Shown: piece after piece, positions 14,879 to 19,876 of the stretch
Position numbering within the stretch: the stretch's first letter is position 1
How the letters are laid out: each line of letters opens with the position of its first letter
Source of the DNA: a virus
Lineage: Duplodnaviria; Heunggongvirae; Uroviricota; Caudoviricetes
Virus record (IMG/VR): IMGVR_UViG_641736225_000038
Length of the DNA stretch: 19,876 nucleotides
Reading direction: 5' to 3' (one strand)
Translations under genes and position numbers: made by a program
Notes under the pieces: generated by a model
The model's database searches: none
The model's input: the letters and a program-made list of their open reading frames with translations, nothing else
Told to the model about the DNA's origin: nothing

Positions 14879-17212
14879 ATGTCAGGAATGAAAGTTAGCC
14901 AGGCTGAGAAAGCAGCTCGGGGTCACTGGTCAAGAATTTTACCTGCGCTGGGCGTAAATGTACTGAAAAATCGGCACCAGCCCTGCCCGGTCTGTGCCGG
15001 GAAAGACCGCTTTCGATTTGATGACCAGGAAGGGCGGGGAACGTGGTTCTGTAACCAGTGCGGGGCAGGTGATGGCCTGGCGCTTGTAAGTAAAGTACTG
15101 GATGTAGGCATTAGTGAAGCGGCAGACAGAATAAACGGCATTATCGGAAACCTGCTGCCAGTATCTCAGGGAATGCTTGAATCTGGTTCTCCTGAAAAAG
15201 AGGACGGGAGAAAAGCTGCAGCAGTGCTGGCTGCCCGTTTGTTTGATAAGTCCCGCCAGACCACTGGCAATGCCTATCTGACGAGTAAAGGGTTTCCTGC
15301 ACTGCCTTGCCGGGAATTAACCGCTATGCATAAAGTCGGTGGTGTGGCATTTCGCGCGGGAGATCTTGTCGTTCCATTGTATGCAGATGGAGAGCTGGTA
15401 AATCTGCAGTTAATCAACGCTAATGGGGGCAAATGCTTCCTTAAAGGCGGTCAGGTTAAGAATGCCTTTTACCTGGTTGAAGGTACTGCCAAAGCAGCCA
15501 AACGGCTCTGGATAGCGGAAGGATATGCCACCGCACTTACTATCAACTATCTGACTGGCGATGCTGTCATGGTGGCCTTTTCGTCCGTCAATTTCCTTTC
15601 CCTGGCGAGCATTGCCTGCAGTGAGTACCCAACGCACCAGATAATTATTGCTGCTGACCGCGATCTCAACGGTGCGGGGCAAACAAGGGGCGCAGCTGTT
15701 ACCGGGGCCTGCAATTGCACAATGGCGCTCCCGCCTGTGTTTGGTGACTGGAACGATGCATTCACGCAAAACGGCGAAGAAGCCACCCGGCATGCAATTC
15801 ATGAAGTAATAAAACCAGCTGTTGCCAGCCCCTTCGACACAATGAGCGAAGCTGAATTTACCGCGCTGAGCGTCAGCGAAAAAGCGCAGAGGGTAGTGGA
15901 TCACTATAAAAATTCACTGGCAGTAGACCCGAACGGGCAGCTCCTTTCACGCTATGAGGCGGGGGCCTGGAAAGTTATCTATTACGCCGATTTTGCCCGT
16001 GATGTCGCTGCGCTGTTTCAGCGCCTCGACGCACCTTTTTCATCCGCGAAAATTGCGTCTCTCGTGGAAACCCTCAAACTGATCGTTCCGCAACAGCAGA
16101 ATCCGGCGCGGCAACTTATCGGATTTCGCAACGGTGTGCTCGATACCCGGACAGGATTGTTCAGCCCGCACGATAAGAAGCACTGGTTACGTACGCTGTG
16201 CGAGGTGGATTACACGCAGCCCGTTGACGGTGAGTCACTGGAAACCCATGCCCCGGCATTCTGGCGCTGGCTGGATCGTGCCGCAGGTTTTAATCCTGAA
16301 AAACGGGACATTATTCTGGCTGCATTGTTTATGGTGCTGGCTAACCGTTATGACTGGCAGCTGTTTCTGGAGGTCACTGGCCCTGGCGGAAGTGGAAAGA
16401 GTATTCTTGCTGAAATAGCAACCATGCTGGCGGGTGAAGATAACGCGACCTCGGCAACCATTGAAATGCTTGAGTCGCCAAGAGAACGAGCTGCGTTAAT
16501 AGGTTTTTCACTGATTCGACTTCCCGACCAGGAAAAGTGGAGCGGTGACGGGGCCGGACTAAAAGCCATCACTGGCGGCGATGCGGTATCCGTTGATCCC
16601 AAATATCAGAACGCCTATTCAACCCACATCCCGGCGGTCATCCTGGCTGTGAACAATAATCCGATGCGCTTCACTGATCGTAGTGGTGGAGTTTCACGCC
16701 GAAGGGTGATCCTGCATTTCCCCGACCAGATAGCCCCGGAGGAACGCGATACCCAGCTCAAAGAGAAAATTGCCAGTGAGCTAGCGGTGATTGTTCGCCA
16801 GCTTATGCAGCGTTTCAGCGACCCAATGAGTGCCAGGACATTGCTTCAGTCACAGCAGAACTCCGATGAAGCGCTCACCATCAAACGTGATGCTGATTCA
16901 GCTTTTGATTTTTGCGGCTACCTTGAGGTCCTACCTGACACCACGGGCATGTTTATGGGGAACGCTAATATTGTTCCACGTCAGCCTCGAACTTACCTCT
17001 ACCATGCCTATCTGGTCTACATGGAGGCTAACGGCTATAAAAATACGCTCAGTCTGACCATGTTTGGCAAGGGGCTACCGTTAATGCTCAAGGAATATGG
17101 GCTGCAGTATGAGAAACGACGGACCAATCAAGGAATGCAGACTAATCTGGCCCTAAGAGAGGAAAGCAATGCTGACTGGTTGCCAAAATGCGATGAGTTT
17201 GCAGCGAAATAA
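14879..17212 (+). CDS. P4 alpha-like bifunctional primase-helicase (777 aa)
   Basis: Start ATG 14879 with AAGGAGG 9 nt upstream. N-terminal zinc-binding motif HQPCPVCAGKDRFRFDDQEGRGTWFCNQCGAGDGLALV, a central Toprim-like region, and a C-terminal P-loop NTPase with Walker A VTGPGGSGKS and a Walker B-like hydrophobic stretch. The track's longer form (14822) is rejected. Confidence 0.9.
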   Translation: MSGMKVSQAEKAARGHWSRILPALGVNVLKNRHQPCPVCAGKDRFRFDDQEGRGTWFCNQCGAGDGLALVSKVLDVGISEAADRINGIIGNLLPVSQGMLESGSPEKEDGRKAAAVLAARLFDKSRQTTGNAYLTSKGFPALPCRELTAMHKVGGVAFRAGDLVVPLYADGELVNLQLINANGGKCFLKGGQVKNAFYLVEGTAKAAKRLWIAEGYATALTINYLTGDAVMVAFSSVNFLSLASIACSEYPTHQIIIAADRDLNGAGQTRGAAVTGACNCTMALPPVFGDWNDAFTQNGEEATRHAIHEVIKPAVASPFDTMSEAEFTALSVSEKAQRVVDHYKNSLAVDPNGQLLSRYEAGAWKVIYYADFARDVAALFQRLDAPFSSAKIASLVETLKLIVPQQQNPARQLIGFRNGVLDTRTGLFSPHDKKHWLRTLCEVDYTQPVDGESLETHAPAFWRWLDRAAGFNPEKRDIILAALFMVLANRYDWQLFLEVTGPGGSGKSILAEIATMLAGEDNATSATIEMLESPRERAALIGFSLIRLPDQEKWSGDGAGLKAITGGDAVSVDPKYQNAYSTHIPAVILAVNNNPMRFTDRSGGVSRRRVILHFPDQIAPEERDTQLKEKIASELAVIVRQLMQRFSDPMSARTLLQSQQNSDEALTIKRDADSAFDFCGYLEVLPDTTGMFMGNANIVPRQPRTYLYHAYLVYMEANGYKNTLSLTMFGKGLPLMLKEYGLQYEKRRTNQGMQTNLALREESNADWLPKCDEFAAK

Positions 17213-17219
17213 CTGACCT

Positions 17220-17240
17220 AAGACCGGCTGTGCCGGTCTT
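17220..17240. other. Stable hairpin between convergent primase and orphan gene (possible terminator, no U-run)
   Basis: AAGACCGG-CTGTG-CCGGTCTT: perfect 8-bp stem with 5-nt loop, 8 nt after the primase stop. No adjacent T-run on either strand, so it is not a canonical intrinsic terminator. Confidence 0.3.
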
Positions 17241-17344
17241 AAATCCGCTACAGGAAATTATCTCAAAATATATATCGATAAAATTTAAAAGTTATATGCT
17301 AAGGCGTCAGCGGAAAATGCATCTAATTCATTGTTAGATGATGT

Positions 17345-18301
17345 TTATTTTTGAATTGATTTAAACATCCCATCGAGTTGTAATTTATTTATGTCGGTTT
17401 TCTTTATGGCTTTAATTAAGTTTTCAATAACTTCCAAAGAAAAAATTACATCTTTCTTTTCAATTCTAACCCCCCCGTGGTGGCTGCAAGCATTAAGGAT
17501 GTCCTTTGTAATTTCAACATCATTTTTCATTAATGGTTCATAGTCCAGAGCCTCAATAACAGAAACTAAACTACCTAGCATTTGCTCTTGGTATTGAACG
17601 TTGTTTAAATGCATTATACGAATATTAACAAGCATGAGAATATATTCTAAATATCTCCTGGCAGTATTTCCTTTCTCTTGTAAAGAATCACGATCATATT
17701 CCTCAATACTCATGACTTCATTATGTAAAGAGGCTATTTTGTGCTCTGCTAATGAAATATTTATCGCATCCATGAGGTTTCGTGAGAAGCCTGTAGATGT
17801 AACATGACCATTTGCGGGCCTTGTTAAAATACATGTAGTATAGCAATTTATATTTGGGGTCTGGATTGTCTCATTTACTCTTTTAACCGTTCTATAAACG
17901 TCTACCATATAAGAACCTGAGTTTTCAAATGAACATGAAGAGCATTTTGTATTATATATTCTATTTAGAGATAACTGATTGTGATAGTATCCCTTTAAGA
18001 AAGCATATATAGTGTCATTAAACTCGACAAACACAACGGACTCAATATATATATGGAATTTATCATTGGGGTGCCACTCTAATTCAAGTCTTCTTGTAGA
18101 GTCATCAAAGGAAAAGTTTGAAATAAAATCCCAGTTACCTAAATCTATAAAATCAACGATATTTCTACCTGCACCATGGATATTTTTATTTATTAAAGTT
18201 GTGATTGAGTTTTTTATAATGTCCCAATCATGAATTTCATGATCGAATTTATTATTGATGGTTTCTTTTATTTGATTGGAAAAGTTTGAATAACTAGTCA
18301 C
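17345..18301 (-). CDS. Hypothetical protein (318 aa), AT-rich orphan cargo gene at the right end of the P4-like element
   Basis: GTG start at 18301 with GAGG 8-9 nt upstream. Long, clean ORF in strongly AT-rich DNA with its own AT-rich upstream region. Asn/Ile/Lys-rich composition typical of horizontally acquired genes. No motif I can assign. Confidence 0.6.
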   Translation of the reverse strand: MTSYSNFSNQIKETINNKFDHEIHDWDIIKNSITTLINKNIHGAGRNIVDFIDLGNWDFISNFSFDDSTRRLELEWHPNDKFHIYIESVVFVEFNDTIYAFLKGYYHNQLSLNRIYNTKCSSCSFENSGSYMVDVYRTVKRVNETIQTPNINCYTTCILTRPANGHVTSTGFSRNLMDAINISLAEHKIASLHNEVMSIEEYDRDSLQEKGNTARRYLEYILMLVNIRIMHLNNVQYQEQMLGSLVSVIEALDYEPLMKNDVEITKDILNACSHHGGVRIEKKDVIFSLEVIENLIKAIKKTDINKLQLDGMFKSIQK

Positions 18302-18600
18302 TTGTTAGCCTCAAAATTAATAATGAGTATTAAAATTTAATTGATATTGTCTATAAAATGTAGCGATGCAATTTTATTGCAACGAAATGATTTTTACAAC
18401 ATACCATTATCGCTAAACAAAATCGCACCCATCAAATCAACTTACGTTACAATCACTACAAAGCGATTGCATTTAAATTCAAAACAGTTTTCTGTTGGGC
18501 GCATTTTTTGTTGTACTGGACTAAAGAGAAAAAATGGGGTAAGGAACAAATACCTTCCGTGCTCAAAAATTAGGTTTTTATGCACTTATTAATCAGTCAA

Positions 18601-18622
18601 GGTGAACAGTAAAGTGTTCACT
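18601..18622. repeat. Inverted pair of P4 type-I-iteron-like octamers (GGTGAACA ... TGTTCACT)
   Basis: GGTGAACAgtaaagTGTTCACt: the first octamer is the exact reverse complement of TGTTCACC. A further GAACA copy lies at about 18683-18689. Lies on the far side of the primase gene from the 12743-12959 cluster. Confidence 0.4.
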
Positions 18623-18831
18623 TCTTATCAATCGTTAATTTCATATCTTTTTGAATATTAATGAAAAAAAACACAATGAGTAGTATGAACAGTTTTCCCC
18701 CAAAAAAAGTTTTTTCTGCCTTGAGAATGCGCGGAAAGCGAACGCCTTCACCAATGTGTATAGGGGTGTGTGTAGTTTAAATCTTCTATTTTAATTTATG
18801 TATTAAAATCATTGTGTTGGTGGCGATTATT

Positions 18832-18850
18832 GGTTCCTATTATCGCACCA
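18832..18850 (+). other. Degenerate copy of the tRNA-Thr 3' end; candidate decayed right attachment site of the P4-like element
   Basis: GGTTCCTATTATCGCACCA versus GGTTCGACTCCTATTATCGGCACCA at 4627-4651: identical except for a 4-nt and a 1-nt deletion, in the same orientation as the left core. Confidence 0.35.
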
Positions 18851-18976
18851 TTTAAATCAAGTAGTTACCCCATATTTAAATACACCACGTTTCCTCCTGT
18901 GCCGCATTTGTGCCATTGTAACCCTGGCAATTAATCAAAATACTGTTCTGACATCAGGCAATGCAGGTGCAGACAT

Positions 18977-19876
18977 TTAAGCCAATTGCTGCCGCCATTC
19001 CTTAACGTGGTCAATCAGAGCGCGGAGCTTTGGTGCAATATTGCGACGCTGTGGGAAATACAGATAGAAGCCCGGAAATTGTGGAAGAAAGTCATCAAGC
19101 AGAGATACAAGCTTACCGCTTTCAATATACGGCCTGAAAGTTTCCTGAGTGGCAATTGTTATTCCTCCGCCGGCAAGAGCCAGCCTCAACATCAGACGCA
19201 GATCATTAGTCGTAATCTGCGGTTCAATCGCAAGGTCGAAAGCTCTCCCGTTTTCTTCAAATGGCCAGCGATAAGGCGCAACCTCCGGGGACTGACGCCA
19301 GCCGATACACTTATGATTCACAAGTTCACGCGGATGAACAGGTGTGCTGTTGGCTGCGAGATAGGAGGGAGAGGCAACGACCATTTCACGCTGCCTGCCG
19401 GTAAGGGGCACAGCAATCATGTCTTTTTCAATGACCTCTCCGAGCCTTACGCCAGCATCGTAACCTGCGGCCACGATATCGAATTCCTCATCCGTGACAA
19501 CAATATCAAGCGTAACGGCTGGATTGGCTGCTGCAAACGAAGCGATTAGCGGACCTGAAAGAAATTCTTCAGCTATTGACGTCACCGCGATTCTGAGAAG
19601 TCCGCGTGGCACATGGTCAGAAACCATCTCTTCGAACGCTGCCTCAATACCGGATAAAGGTAATGACAGCGATTTATGCAGCCGTTCTCCCGCTTCTGTC
19701 AAATTAACTGAGCGCGTGGTCCGCATTACAAGCATTGTCCCGAATGCATCTTCAAGGCGTCTTATTCCCTGACTGACCGCTGAACGGGTAACGCCCAGCC
19801 GTGCGGCGGCTTTACTAAAATTACTCTCTTCTGCTACCGCGATAAAAATGGGTAAAAGATTAAGATCGATTTTCAT
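18977..19876 (-). CDS. LysR-family transcriptional regulator (299 aa)
   Basis: N-terminal HTH MKIDLNLLPIFIAVAEESNFSKAAARLGVTRSAVSQGIRRLEDAFGTMLVMRTTRSVNLTEAG followed by a substrate-binding-type domain of typical LysR length. The ATG is the last codon of the window, so an upstream extension cannot be excluded. Confidence 0.85.
   Translation of the reverse strand: MKIDLNLLPIFIAVAEESNFSKAAARLGVTRSAVSQGIRRLEDAFGTMLVMRTTRSVNLTEAGERLHKSLSLPLSGIEAAFEEMVSDHVPRGLLRIAVTSIAEEFLSGPLIASFAAANPAVTLDIVVTDEEFDIVAAGYDAGVRLGEVIEKDMIAVPLTGRQREMVVASPSYLAANSTPVHPRELVNHKCIGWRQSPEVAPYRWPFEENGRAFDLAIEPQITTNDLRLMLRLALAGGGITIATQETFRPYIESGKLVSLLDDFLPQFPGFYLYFPQRRNIAPKLRALIDHVKEWRQQLA

Larger units (their letters stand above)
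4606..18853. mobile_element. P4-like satellite / integrative element (int, hotspot cargo, delta-psu-sid, alpA, alpha primase), about 14.2 kb; right boundary approximate
   Basis: Gene content and order typical of P4-family satellites: tRNA core, int, variable cargo, ogr/delta + psu + sid operon, AlpA/Vis-like regulator, small ORFs, alpha primase-helicase, flanked by iteron-like TGTTCAC repeats. Right end inferred from a degenerate copy of the tRNA-Thr 3' end at 18832-18850. Confidence 0.6.

Noticed and set aside
14923-16602. Minus- and plus-strand ORFs nested in the primase gene
   Set aside because: Nested or antisense within a long conserved gene; compositionally biased translations.
18341-18592. 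83-aa plus-strand ORF upstream of the orphan gene
   Set aside because: AT-rich promoter-like region, no RBS, low-complexity translation.
18986-19772. Plus-strand ORFs antisense to the LysR gene
   Set aside because: Antisense to a well-supported gene.

Overview
Mosaic accessory region built from at least two mobile elements, read from sequence and the ORF track only (no database searches were possible). (1) 1-2525: right end of a prophage, with a tail-fibre assembly gene and a tail-fibre C-terminal cassette on the minus strand (part of an invertible host-range segment), a Pin/Gin/Hin-family serine invertase (899-1453), a GIY-YIG nuclease cargo gene (1511-2284), ending at a 62-nt 3' fragment of tRNA-Ser. 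(2) 2526-4605: AT-rich spacer with an AraC-family regulator (3108-3851) and a truncated IS2-like (IS3 family) remnant. (3) 4606 to about 18850: a P4-like satellite element starting at a 46-nt tRNA-Thr 3' fragment: integrase (4814-5995); an AT-rich cargo module in the int-psu hotspot (5999-10588: Mrr-like nuclease ORFs, a small protein, and an SMC/ABC-type ATPase) interrupted by a complete IS629-like element (7896-9205, TAA target duplication); then delta/ogr, psu and sid on the minus strand, AlpA, three small ORFs, the alpha primase-helicase (14879-17212), an AT-rich orphan gene (17345-18301) and a degenerate att copy. (4) 18977-19876: LysR-family regulator. The most interesting feature is the hotspot cargo, whose three-part nuclease/ATPase architecture resembles ABC-three-component (Lamassu-type) anti-phage systems and which appears inactivated by the IS insertion and further lesions. 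Two more candidate defence genes sit at element termini (the GIY-YIG gene and the 318-aa orphan).
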